NCBI RefSeq assembly: GCF_964355755.1
Contig: NC_092670.1
Location: forward strand, 38,986,388 to 39,050,387
Length of the DNA stretch: 64,000 nt
Reading direction: 5' to 3'
Origin: Antedon mediterranea
Lineage: Eukaryota > Animalia > Echinodermata
The position numbers were made by a program, and so were the translations under genes. A model generated the notes under the pieces. That model was not told the origin of the DNA. It did no database searches and worked only from the letters and a program-made list of their open reading frames with translations. Shown piece after piece: positions 25,201 through 36,281 of this stretch; the stretch's first letter is position 1, and each line of letters begins with the position of its first letter.

Positions 25201-26433
25201 CTCGTGCCACGGGGCATGACAGGGAAAACACCAATTAAGTGAACACTCTTCGCAGGTAATGGGCACATTTTCGGATTTGGATTTAGCACCTTTTTGTAAG
25301 CTGGTTAGATGATTACATCTTGGACATGTTTTTGTGCTGGGATTTGAGTTGGCTTCAAGTAAAAAGCGATAAAACTTGTCCCTAATTTCGGGCTCAAGGA
25401 AATATGAAATTTCTTCGCGGCACACAAAAGCTATGCACGTAGAACCTGGACAAGATATCTTTACGATTCGTTGTTTTACTTGCGTTGTGAAGTATTCTTT
25501 TAAACATAAATCGCAAACAGGTAATTTACAACATAAACGGACGTGTAACGACTCAACGCAGAAACATATTTGACAACTGGTTACTTCTGAGCGCCCTCTA
25601 CAAAACAAAGGAGGCGGAGTACCCAACTGTAGTTCTCGATTTTGTACAGCAGCGCCACCAACAATCAGAGTCATATACGTGTCAATGTCGTTAAGTGCTG
25701 CATCAATAGTGCCATCTGTTAAAAGCTGCTCACGACTTTGTCCAGCTTCCATACCTACCTCAAGAATACTAAATACATCACTATTGTCATTATCATTATC
25801 ATCATCGTCGTCGTCAGAATCGGATTCAACGTATTGCACATTGTCCCCCTCGCTGTGATCCAGTTGGGTCATAACGACGGGGCCATATGCAACATTCTCA
25901 AGTTGCGGTATATATTCTTCAAAATCGCTATGACCTTCTGACGTCCACTGCGAATAGTATTCGCGAGTGTCAGACGAGCGTCGTTCGCAGTATCGGCCAT
26001 AAGGTACGCGAGTCGGAAGATTCCACTTTTTATTGCACATGTAGATGGCCTGATTCTCCTTACTATCAGACAATTTGAATAAATTTAAATCAACGTTGAT
26101 GAGACCATCGTGGTCAGGTTCCACCTTTTCTGGAAATTGATCGCTTTGCGATTTATTTCTCTTGTTACGGACTGGAATTTTAGTATTGCCAACCGCTGTG
26201 CTCCACCAAACTGTTTCATAGTCGCGTGGAAAGCTTAAAGCTCGTTTAACGCTGACAGCGCCCGGTGGCAGGTAAACTGGACGATGTTTGAATGGCTGGT
26301 TGCTGATAGGTTTGTGTCCAATATCCAAGTGATACTCCACTCTTGTACAGTTTTCACATGTTGATGATAAGATTGTGGGTTTGTCAGGCTCGTCTGGTGT
26401 TTGAGTCGATATAGATGCAAACGTCTTCTTCAT
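19244..26433 (-). CDS. RNF217: RBR-type E3 ubiquitin ligase RNF217-like (RING1-IBR-RING2, C-terminal TM)
   Basis: Exons 26433-25096, 24855-24654 and 19518-19244. RING1 CQICF...CC...C..C...CP, IBR CPRC...CEEC...CFPC..PWH, RING2 CPKC...GCDHMTC..C..EFCYQC. These are followed by the RNF217-type GDHYSRYSVFGCKYRF...RRAVRG and a hydrophobic anchor ILAAPVCLGLVVGASGLVLTCGAIALPVY. Confidence 0.9.
19722..19915 (-). mobile_element. tRNA-derived SINE with Deu/Nin-type central domain
   Basis: Minus strand: head gccgagtggttaaga (A box) and core ttctcggataaggactataaac...gtgcactttaaagaacc. Homologous to the copy at 54940-55203. Confidence 0.65.
20842..21316. repeat. 26-bp minisatellite (ttctacacaacactttatgttcaat(c/g)), about 18 copies
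   Basis: Head-to-tail units with no spacers. The unit is stop-free in all three plus frames, which explains the three overlapping repetitive ORFs. Confidence 0.95.
21444..21553. repeat. 12-bp tandem repeat (aagtgtcccct(a/g)) x9 inside a degenerate MITE
   Basis: Direct observation. The flanks gttcatttcataggaaag and gaggggttctattgta resemble the gtgtcccct-containing element at about 34890-35065. Confidence 0.85.
22248..22425. mobile_element. MITE family C copy with three internal 21-bp repeats
   Basis: Both TIRs present; atatggtagtgat x3. Confidence 0.85.
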
Positions 26434-26809
26434 TTCAGATGGAGTGATCTGAATTTAAACATCAAAAGAGTAGACAAAAAATCTTTGGCTGGGAGTATTT
26501 GTAGAGTTTGAGTAGGCCAGTTAATTATTGATTAAGAATAGGAAATTGACTATTGTATATTTGTATTGTATATTAAACTACACAGCATTGTAATCATATA
26601 AATACGTTGCTAACAATAAGACAGAGCTAGGCTAGGCCTTTTGTATTGCTAACTAGCATTGCAACCCTTGCCCTCTGGATGCTGCCCTGGTCAAATTATA
26701 AATAGAATACCCAACCGTACTTACAAACTGGGCCTAACCAGGCTAAAAAGTGATCCTGAAATACTGTATTATATTAGTTCAATTTTATCATCGAGTTACG
26801 TTTACAACA

Positions 26810-27075
26810 AATACTTACCGATACTATAATAAGAGTGACTGTGAATGTAATCTTACAATCAATACGAAATAATATGCGACATTTTTAGACCATCTCTACA
26901 TATTTATAAGCCTCGCACGACCACCATTCATCATCTTTATTTATCGATGATTCCGATCAAGATTTATTATTGCAACAACAAAAATAGAGGGCGATATTTA
27001 TTATGGAACGCCCATGATCAACAACACAACATTGGGCAACCAAAACCACATGTTTTTTAAAATTTATATGGTAGG
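26810..27075. promoter_or_regulatory. Putative bidirectional promoter RNF217 / RCC1L
   Basis: A minus-strand donor (acttac at about 26813-26818) and a plus-strand donor (atg|gtagg at 27070/27071) face outward about 250 bp apart. Matching acceptors lie at about 26449 (-) and 27540 (+). Confidence 0.5.
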
Positions 27076-27590
27076 CGGGAGTTGACGGGTTTATGTTCAC
27101 GTTTACCTAATTTTTGAATTAAAAAACAAACTTTATTAATGGAGTTGATATAGTAATCTATTGTCATATACTTCTTAGCGATATACCTCTCTAAAGTTAG
27201 ATTCTTGGCCTACACTTTAATTTATCGCCAATTTATTCTAGCTAGTAGAGGTTAGGCCTCCTGAACTAGCTAATAAGTGATACTGTATTATAATATTAGT
27301 AGGCCAATGGAGTCAGTCTAGCTAGCTGTAGTGGGAGATCCTTTTTAGTGTAGTAGGGCTATACCAATGCCAGCAGGTACAAACTGACTCAGGTAGTGTA
27401 CATCTAGTACTGACAGAAAATAGTACTGTAGTGAAAGGCCCTAGTCCAGCAAGCTCTGTAATAATAATAAATAAATTAAATTAATAAAAAATAAATACTG
27501 TGAAATCTGAGAAAATATTTCATTTCTTTTTATTTTCTAGGTAAACCTCATGATGGGTTGCAGTCATCAGTACTAAAATCAAACCAAAGA

Positions 27591-30500
27591 ATGCATAACT
27601 GTGTTAAACTATTACACAAAGGAACATATTTAAATAGAATTTTCTTAAAATGTCAAACTCTTTCGTGCCTAGCCAATATCTCACAGCAGACTACAGCATC
27701 ATCACAACACCGAAACTATTCAAATAAGTATATACATGAACGAGCAGCAGAGGACCTTGCAGTACACAAATTTGGCGGTGACCATCGGCAGCGAAAACAC
27801 CGTGTCTATGTTTGGGGTTATGCGATGACGGGAAGTTTAGGCGTACCAACGTTTATCAAACCCAAGCCAAGAGTTCCTGTACGAAAAAAACAGACCGCCC
27901 CCTATCTGCTTTATTTTGATGAAAAGGTACTGACTCAACTGACTCTTTGTACGCATGGTTAAGCACATCTTTGGAGTTTTTTACGCTTTACCTCGACTGC
28001 CCTGTTCAACTTTTTTTGTTTCTGATTGTCAAGAAATTGGAAGTAAATTAAAAAAAAATAAATAACATCGAGTGAATCGGCAATTACAGGATGAATATTT
28101 AACAATTTATCGTGCTTATAAACTAAGTCTCATTTGAGGCTTAGGGAGTGGGGTTAAAAGAGTTAAAACGCTGGCACTAGGTCAGGATTGAACCCTGGAC
28201 CTTGAATTGGAAGGCAAGCATGTTAACCACCAAGCTAAAGCTCCGCTCGTTTTTTTTCATTTAACATCATGTAAATAATCATCATCTAAATATAGATGTT
28301 TTTTTTCAGAAACATTTAAGTTCAAATTTATTACCAAATACATAGTAATATTGAAATTTCTACTCCAAGGTTTAAAAACAACAAATATCTTGATTTTAGA
28401 CTTTTCTGTACTTATACTTGTAGATTTCAGATGTTGCCTGTGGTTATGGATTTTCTCTCTTTTCCAGTAATAGCCTCAGTTCATCTAAACTTTGGGGCAC
28501 AGGAATCAACACAGACACACAGATAGGCTACCACGAGAAACAAGTGAACAGGGGTAGGTGGATGGATTAGGGTTAGGGAAGGGATATCAGCGATATTTGG
28601 TGAAGGAATCGGAACACTAGAAGATGTGCTTAGTTCAACACTCAACTTTATGTGACAAAAAAAATGTGATGCATGTGCCCATATATAGACATTTCGATGT
28701 CATATCACTACCATATTTAAGCATATTACACTTTTTTTTTTCAAACTATTTTGATAGTGTATAGACAGAGTGCTGAGGTACTGTATTCTCCTTGTGCCTG
28801 AAGTTTGCAAATTAAAATGTCATAAAAAAAGTCTGAAAATAAAAAAAGACACATTTATTTAGATAAAAATTAAAATACATTTTTACAAATGCTTTTTTAA
28901 GGTAAAAATTTAGAGTATGTAATAGCACCAGCTGAAATTCATCTGCCTCTGAAAACTCCCCGTTCCACTCGTGTTATTCAAGTTGCTTGTGGAAGAGCGC
29001 ACTCTCTAGTTTTGACAGATCAAGAAGGAGGTATCAATAAATTAGATTTTTTTAAAATACCTTCTGACAAATAGTATTAATTAAGAATTCTTGGTGATAA
29101 AAACATTAAAAATTAAATTATATTCACTAGATAAATATTAGTTGATTAGAAATTGATTTTTTTTGTGATGCTTAAGTTTTTAGTCTAGGGAATAATGCAT
29201 ATGGCCAGTGTGGAAGAAAAGTCATAGAAGATGAAAATTACAGGTAAAGTAACAATTACTTCTTTCTTTTATTATTAGATTGTTCATCAATAGAGGATAC
29301 CATTTTAATTTTAATAATGATGTTAGTTTGATAGTGTAGACAGAGCTTTTTGTCATTTACTTAAATACACAGAAACAAACACAATAGTATCACTTTCCAG
29401 ATTTATTGTATGTGCATATAGGTACCTATTTAATGTTCATGTTAACTTATAATACTTGTATTTTTGGGCCTCTTATTTGAGAGAACTGAATATTACTAAT
29501 AAGATTAATTTAAAATGTTTTTATATTTTAATAATAAATAAATAATTAATTTTTTCAGCTGTAATATGAGAATTCACAACATTTCTGGTATTGAAGGTAA
29601 AATAAAAAAGGTTTGTATCACAAATTTGTTTGTAATCTTTCATCCCTAAATTGATTAATGTTTAACTAAAATGAATCAATGCTGGCAATGATGTAGAACA
29701 GTTTGCCGCCCTCTGTATTAGTTAGCACGGCCCTAATAGACATACTGTAATAGAAATAATTTTTTAAAGGGTATAATGCTGTACCATCCTGACTAGTTAA
29801 GCATGGTTTCCATAAAATCGCTACACAACCGAGCGTAGCGATTCTATGGAAACGCTAGAATTTATCGGGGATCTAGTACGCGAGCGCAAAATATTCTTTT
29901 GTACGCGTATACGATTCATCGCCGACACAATCTGCAAAGTTGAACATGGTTGAACTTAGCCGATTTGACTGCGATGAAACGGGGAGCCTTCCTGATTGCG
30001 TCTGCGACATCTGCACGTGTAGCGATTTTAATGGAAACGCTGTAGCAATTTTAATGGAAACCAGGCTTTACTGCACATTTACACAAGAATTTAAAGACTA
30101 TTGTCTACAAAAACAATATAAAAATTAATATATTTATTGATATAATTAATATGTCATGTTGTCATGTTCAGTTATTTACTTTACACTGTTCTTAGATTGT
30201 GTGTGGACAAGACCACAGTTTGTTTTTGACAGAAAGTGGACAGGTCTTGAGTTGTGGATGGGGAGCTGACGGGCAAACAGGTTAGGTTTATGATTTGAAG
30301 GAAATTATGATAATATAAATATACAAAATGAATGAAATATCTATATGAATTGATTAAAGCTTTATTGAACATTATGGTATACATTGATGTGTAGTAGATC
30401 AATAACAGTTAAGCTCTGTCTACACTATTAAACTTTATGTGACAAAAAATGTGATGTGGCCATATATGGACATGATGATGTAATAGCACTACCATATTTG

Positions 30501-33500
30501 TGCATATCACTACCATATTTGTGCATATCACTACCATATTTGTGCATATCACTACCATATTTGTGCATATCACTATAATATTTGTGCATATCACTACCAT
30601 ATTTGTGCATATCACATCCTGTCCGTAGGTAGAGGAGATTATACAAGTTCAAGTGAGGTCGGTTTAATATTGGGCGATCTGAAAGGTGAAACAATTGTTG
30701 ATGTTGCTACGTATGCTGATTGCTGCTTAGCTGTGTCAGGTAAGTTGTCTCACTACACACTGAGTACATAACTATAAAGATTACATAAAGCTCTGTCTAC
30801 ACTATCAAACTAGTTTGACAACAAAATTGTTGGCACTGTCTTGATCACGAGTAGAATCTTGCAGGCTTGGATGATTGAGGTTCTTGAACCAAGATGACAA
30901 CCCACCATGCTATAATAGTCCCATTATCGGGGTTCACAACTTAAAGTTCAATGAACTTACTGTGACCTCCATCCACCCATATACACTGTATACTTATGTT
31001 AAGTTAACTGTTGAAATTCATTTGAATTTTATATTTATATATAGCCTCCTCCGCAACACTGTCTTCTTGAATTTGTTCTTGTTCTCTAATTTCTGTTTTA
31101 CTTTTGTTCTGACAGATAAAGGAGATGTATTTGGATGGGGAAATTCTGAATACAATCAACTTAGATTAGTTACAGATGAAACACAGGTTAGCAAACTGTA
31201 GTGTGACAATGTAAATGTAATTTTAATCGTTCTGAAGCTTAACTGAAATTCTGATTAAGTCCTCTCAATCTGTGTTTTAATTTGTCTGCAGATTGCAGAG
31301 CCAAGACGTCTTCCTTTAAAGGATGTTGGACGGGTTGTATCCGTGGCAACTGGTGGCACGGTCTGTGCACTTCTCAATGGTTAGTGTTTTCATTATCTAT
31401 AATAAAGAAATGATATTTGTCCTAATAATTTGACTTTTTTTGTTCTTATATTATATTACTCTTTAAAGGTTAAAGGTTCACTGGCATATAGCTTGTTTTA
31501 AAACAGTATAGTATAGGATTTATTGATTGAATACAAATTTAAAGCTCTATCTACACTATCAAACTTTATGTGACAAAACAATGTGATGTGTCCATATATG
31601 GACATGATGATGTCATAGCACTACCATATTTAAGCATATCACCACCATATTTGGCCACATCACACTTTTTGTTGTCAATCTAGTTTGATAGTGTAGACAA
31701 AGCTTTAGCGGGGTGGGAGTCAAAGATATATTCTTAAAACAATGAGTCATTGGATGTTTCAGACTGACTGACAGTTGGAAAACATGTGCTTTTGTTTCAG
31801 ATTCTGGTGATGTGTATGTGTGGGGTTACGGTATATTAGGCAAGGGGCCAAAGCTTTCAGAAAGCAAAAGACCTGAACCCATCCCTGCTATTCTTTTTGG
31901 CCGTAGAGAATTGAAGGAACACATCAAAGTTACCAGGATATTCTGTGGAATGCACCATTTTGCTGCCTTAACAAGTAAGATAAATACAATTGTATTTTCT
32001 TTATACACCTTTTGCTTTTAGAGAAATCCTCCTTATAAAGGCATGTATGTTAGTAGTAAATGAATAAGAGCCAACAACATACAATGCTCTGTGTACAGTT
32101 TGTCCCCTTCATAAGGGGAGCAGGTTTCAGTGGGATAAAGGGTCAGTGGAATGGAGGGTCAGTGGGGTGGAGGGTCAGTGGGATGGAGGGTCAGTGGGAT
32201 GGAGGGTCAGTGGGATAGAGGAGTGGTAGGAAGGCCCAGAATTGAAACTTACTACCAAGAATTTAAAGTACTGTAACACAAATAACAAGAGTCCATACAG
32301 AGTAATTCATAATGTATTAATACTGTATACACGTAATGTACATGTCATTAAATAATATAAATACAAAATATTACAATTTATATTAAAATATGTTATTTAG
32401 TGTAGGCTTAGTGTATGTATGCATTAATGACTTTCTCGTTCTGTCAAATCAATACTTTTGGAATGAGAAGTTGATGAAGGTTGAATAAATGCATATATAC
32501 ATAATAATACAAGTATAAAGCTCTGTCCACACTATCAAGCTAGTTTGAAAAAAAAGGGCCAAATATGGTAGTGCTATGGCATCATCATTTCCATAATACA
32601 CATCACATTTTGTTGTCACATAAAGTTTGATAGTGTAGACAGAGCTTTAGGCAAATTTACATGTATAACATGATTACAATCATTCAAGTTGAGTGTATTT
32701 CATTTGTTTAAATAATTGAATTTATTGCCATGACAACATGAACAATAAATATAACAATATAATTACAATTTGAAAAAAAGCCTAGAGGCAGGATTTGTGT
32801 CCTAGATTTGGCTAGAAAGCATGTTAACCACAAACCAATTGTACTTATAATTATATGTGTACTATAAAGCTCTGTCTACACTATCAAACTACAGTAGGTT
32901 GACAAAAAAAGTGTGATATGTCCAAATATGGTAGTGATATGCCTAAAATATGGTAGTGATATGCCTAAATCATGGTAGTGATATGCCTGAAATATGGTAG
33001 TGATATGCCTGAAATATGGTAACTGTGATATGCCTAAAATATGGTAGTGATATGCCTAAAATATGGTAACTATGATATGCCTAAAATATGGTAGTGATAT
33101 GCCTAAAATATGGTAGTGATATGACATCATCATGTCCATATATGGGTACATCACATTTTTTTGTCACATAAAGTTTGATAGTGTAGACAGAGCTTTATAA
33201 TTGGTATTTGTTTTTCAAGGTGATGGTGACCTGTACACATGGGGTCAAAACTCCCATGGTTCATTGGGACTTGGTATTCATCTTGACCAGTACTTTCCAC
33301 TCAAGGTATGTTTATTTTCACTTGATGTTTAACTTGCATTTGAGACACAGGCAATAATACCTTTCACATCGACTAAAGCTCTGTCTCTATCAAACTTTAT
33401 GTGAACTAGATTGAAAAAAAAATGTGATGTGCCCATATATGGACCATTTACTCCATGATATGGACATGATGATGTCATATCACTACCATATTTGGGCACA

Positions 33501-34644
33501 TCACAATTTTTTTTTCAATCTAGTTTGATAGTGTAGACAGAGCTTAACAGTTAATACACACCAGGGCATCAACACTTTTTGATGAAGCCGATTAGAGTGG
33601 ATTTCAAGTAACCGCTTCTAAAGGCAGTGGATTACCCAATTCTAAAATACTAGTTAGTTCTGTAATGTCAAAAAATATCTATATAAATTGCATATAAATG
33701 TGTCATAGAATGACAAAATATCAAGACAGTATGGTATATGTAAATACTATAATTTGCACAATTAGGCATAAAACAGGTGCTTAATACAGACATTGGTAAT
33801 ATTATGTCTTTTTTGTAAAAGAAACAATTATTTGTAAAGCTCTGTCTACACTTTTATGTAACAAAAAAAATGTGATATGCCCATATATGGACATGATAAT
33901 GTCATATTACTACCATATTTGGCCACATCACACTTTTTTTGGGTAAGCTAACCCTTTTTGATAGTGTGGACAGATCTTTAGTTGGTCATCTCAAAACGTT
34001 TTCTCTATTTTTTTAAATATAATAGTATACAAATAATGAATGTTTATGAGTGCAATGGTACAAATAATGGCACGAGGTGAATGATGAAAGGTTATATCAA
34101 CGAGGCAAAGCCGAGTTGATATAACCTTTCATCATTCACCAAGTGCCATTATTTGTACCATTACACGAATACAAAACATTCATTATTTGTTTTATATAAC
34201 ATCTAAATAACAAACAAAAATGTTTCAAAAAGTACTATTTAACGATCGTTGAATAGTGCGTACTATTGCACGCCATGTGACCCACATTCGTCCAATCAAA
34301 TGACAGGAATTTATATAGGTGTTATATAATATCTAATATTATCTAGTATATATAAAATATAAAATAGTTAAAATATTTTAATTTGAATTTTAACTTTATA
34401 ATCAATATTTTGCCATTGTCGAGAAACATTAAAATATATATAATGACATAAAATGAATACCATTATAACCTGGCTAATGTTATGCAAATAAAAACTCAAT
34501 ATATTATAAATAAATAAATAATTAAATATAATAATAAATGAGTATTTTTATGGTTTGTTTTTATAGGTTGGTGTGCCAGCGGAAGTTATTGATGTTGCCT
34601 GTGGTGTTGATCACATGATCGCACTTGCAAAAACGTTTATATGA
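27591..34644 (+). CDS. RCC1L: RCC1-like mitochondrial protein (WBSCR16)
   Basis: Exons 27591-27926, 28424-28553, 28902-29030, 29177-29243, 29559-29610, 30196-30280, 30629-30739, 31116-31186, 31292-31379, 31801-31974, 33220-33305 and 34567-34644. RCC1 repeats: VYVWGY..GSLG, VACGYGF, VACGRAHSL, GNNAYGQCG, CGQDHSL, GWGADGQTG, FGWGNSEY, VWGYGILGKGP. C-terminus VACGVDHMIALAKTFI. The N-terminus resembles a mitochondrial presequence; the start codon is inferred. Confidence 0.93.
28174..28240 (-). pseudogene. tRNA-Gly(TCC)-like pseudogene or SINE head
   Basis: Minus strand tagcttggtggttaacatgcttgccTTCCaattcaaggtccagggttcaatcctgacctagtgc. A and B boxes are present but the acceptor and anticodon stems do not pair. 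Confidence 0.5.
29800..30067. mobile_element. Harbinger-like MITE (TIR AGC(A/C)TGGTTTCCAT)
   Basis: agcatggtttccataaaatcgctac / gtagcaattttaatggaaaccaggct, with TTA on both sides. Confidence 0.8.
30412..30617. mobile_element. Truncated MITE family C with six internal 21-bp repeats
   Basis: Left TIR intact, then (cactaccatatttgtgcatat) x6. The right TIR is missing and the element abuts an RCC1L acceptor. Confidence 0.85.
31543..31704. mobile_element. MITE family C copy
   Basis: Both TIRs present, flanked by taa/tta. Confidence 0.85.
32126..32222. repeat. 16-bp G-rich minisatellite (gtcagtgggatggagg), about 6 copies
   Basis: Direct observation. Confidence 0.8.
32868..33194. mobile_element. 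MITE family C copy with about 9 internal repeats of roughly 22 bp
   Basis: Perfect TIR ends and an expanded aaatatggtagtgatatgcct array. Confidence 0.9.
33377..33544. mobile_element. MITE family C copy
   Basis: Both TIRs present, flanked by taa/taa. Confidence 0.85.
34029..34330. mobile_element. Long-palindrome non-autonomous element (CryptonV-like)
   Basis: Near-perfect inverted repeat of about 160 bp (34029-34190) centred on cgaggcaaagccgag. The superfamily assignment rests on recalled motif similarity only. Confidence 0.5.
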
Positions 34645-34647
34645 TTA

Positions 34648-34788
34648 GGCCCTGTCTACGCTATCAAACTAATTTGACAAAAAAGTGTGATGTTACCAAA
34701 TATGGTAGTGATATGCACAAATATGATACAGTAGTGATATGACATCATTAGGTCCATATATGGGCACATGTTATATGCACATAAAGCT
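34648..34788. mobile_element. MITE family C copy directly after the RCC1L stop codon
   Basis: ggccctgtctacgctatcaaact begins 3 bp after the TGA. Confidence 0.75.
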
Positions 34789-35295
34789 TGTTCTAATGCT
34801 ATGGCTCACAGTTTTGTGTTTCTAAATTTCAATTGGTGCTGTCTTTTTGAGGTTGTAAAAAGCCTAGACAATCTGTAAAACTATTATCAATTAAGGGGGA
34901 CACTAACAGGACCAAAATTTCCCCCCTTAATAGAAGCGTTCACTGAACAGGAGTGTGCCCTGAATAGGGGTGTCCCCTGAAAAGGGGTGTGACCTAGATA
35001 GGGGTGTGCCCTGAGTAAGGTTTGTTCGTAATTTTGAAACATATATTATCCTTGTTCATTTTACGGAAAATAGGGCTTTAATAGGGCTGGCCCCACAATA
35101 GCATTCTGTATAATTCATAATCTCACTATCTATAATGCTGAATCATGTTATTGCACACATGTTCATTTTCACCTAGCATCCATTGTTTAGTATTGGTACT
35201 AACCATGCATATACATTTATTCCATTCATTATGCTCTATTCAAATTTAGACATACCATTATTAATTTTTAAAATGCGTATGGACTCTCAATTTAA

Positions 35296-35297
<2 letters not shown>

Positions 35298-35349
<52 letters not shown>
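35298..35349. repeat. (ATTG)n microsatellite
   Basis: About 13 perfect units. Confidence 0.95.
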
Positions 35350-35350
<1 letters not shown>

Positions 35351-36281
35351 CATCATAGTTTTGTATTTGTAGTGTACAGTAGGTCTTGTATTCATCATTT
35401 TAATTAAATTATTAGTTTTAATCAATAACATAATAATTTCTTTTTCTGCTCTGTAGATATATCTTTAATTACAGTGAGTGGCAGTATACATTCCCAAGAG
35501 ACTCAAATTAATATGCCTATTCTGTTCTTATTCAGTGTTTACAAATTAGATATACAGTCAATATTGTTGAAAATATCGCCGTAGTAACTATATACATTTA
35601 ATCATACGTTTATGTTTTGTGTCATTTTGAAGTGCTTTGTTGCTGATATTGTTATAACATATATGAATAAATGAGCGAAGTCCCATCAAAGTTTGTAACT
35701 ATGGCAATGATGCAAGACTATTATGTATCCTTTGGTTTGATGTTTGATGAAATAATGTATATAATTGTATAACGTGCCTGCTGTATGTATCCTTGCCTTT
35801 TATCCAGCTGCCATTCGGGCACTGAATGCTTATCAGTGTACCGTACGAGAGTGATGTGATACTTTGTAATTATTTTTGTTAGTTTTAGAGCAACCATAAT
35901 TTCTATGTATATTAATTTTATATGCAAATGACAATAATTGGAAGTAATTTTCCACTGATGAATGACGCAAAATTACGGAAACATCAAATGGTAATGATGG
36001 GTCGTTCTAAAGTTTTTTTTATCACGTACAAACAAATATATCGTAAACATTCGTGATCAGTCTATAGATCATTTTCTCTCACAATTGCCATGAAGAGGAA
36101 AGCAGACAGCAGTAGGCCTAGCTCCTAATGTAATAATTCACAGTAGGTGTGTTATACCACAAATAATGAATGTTTGTATGATTAACTGTTCTATTTAACG
36201 ACGTTAAGTTAACGTTTCAAATCGTGAAATATTGTAACCATTCAACTCACAAACATTTATTATGCCTATTTGTATGATATT

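Noticed and set aside
28174-28240. Functional tRNA-Gly gene
   Set aside because: The stems do not pair, so it is kept only as a pseudogene or SINE head.
30409-30694. ICTNMVV and DMHKYGS repeat ORFs
   Set aside because: Translations of the 21-bp internal repeat of MITE family C.
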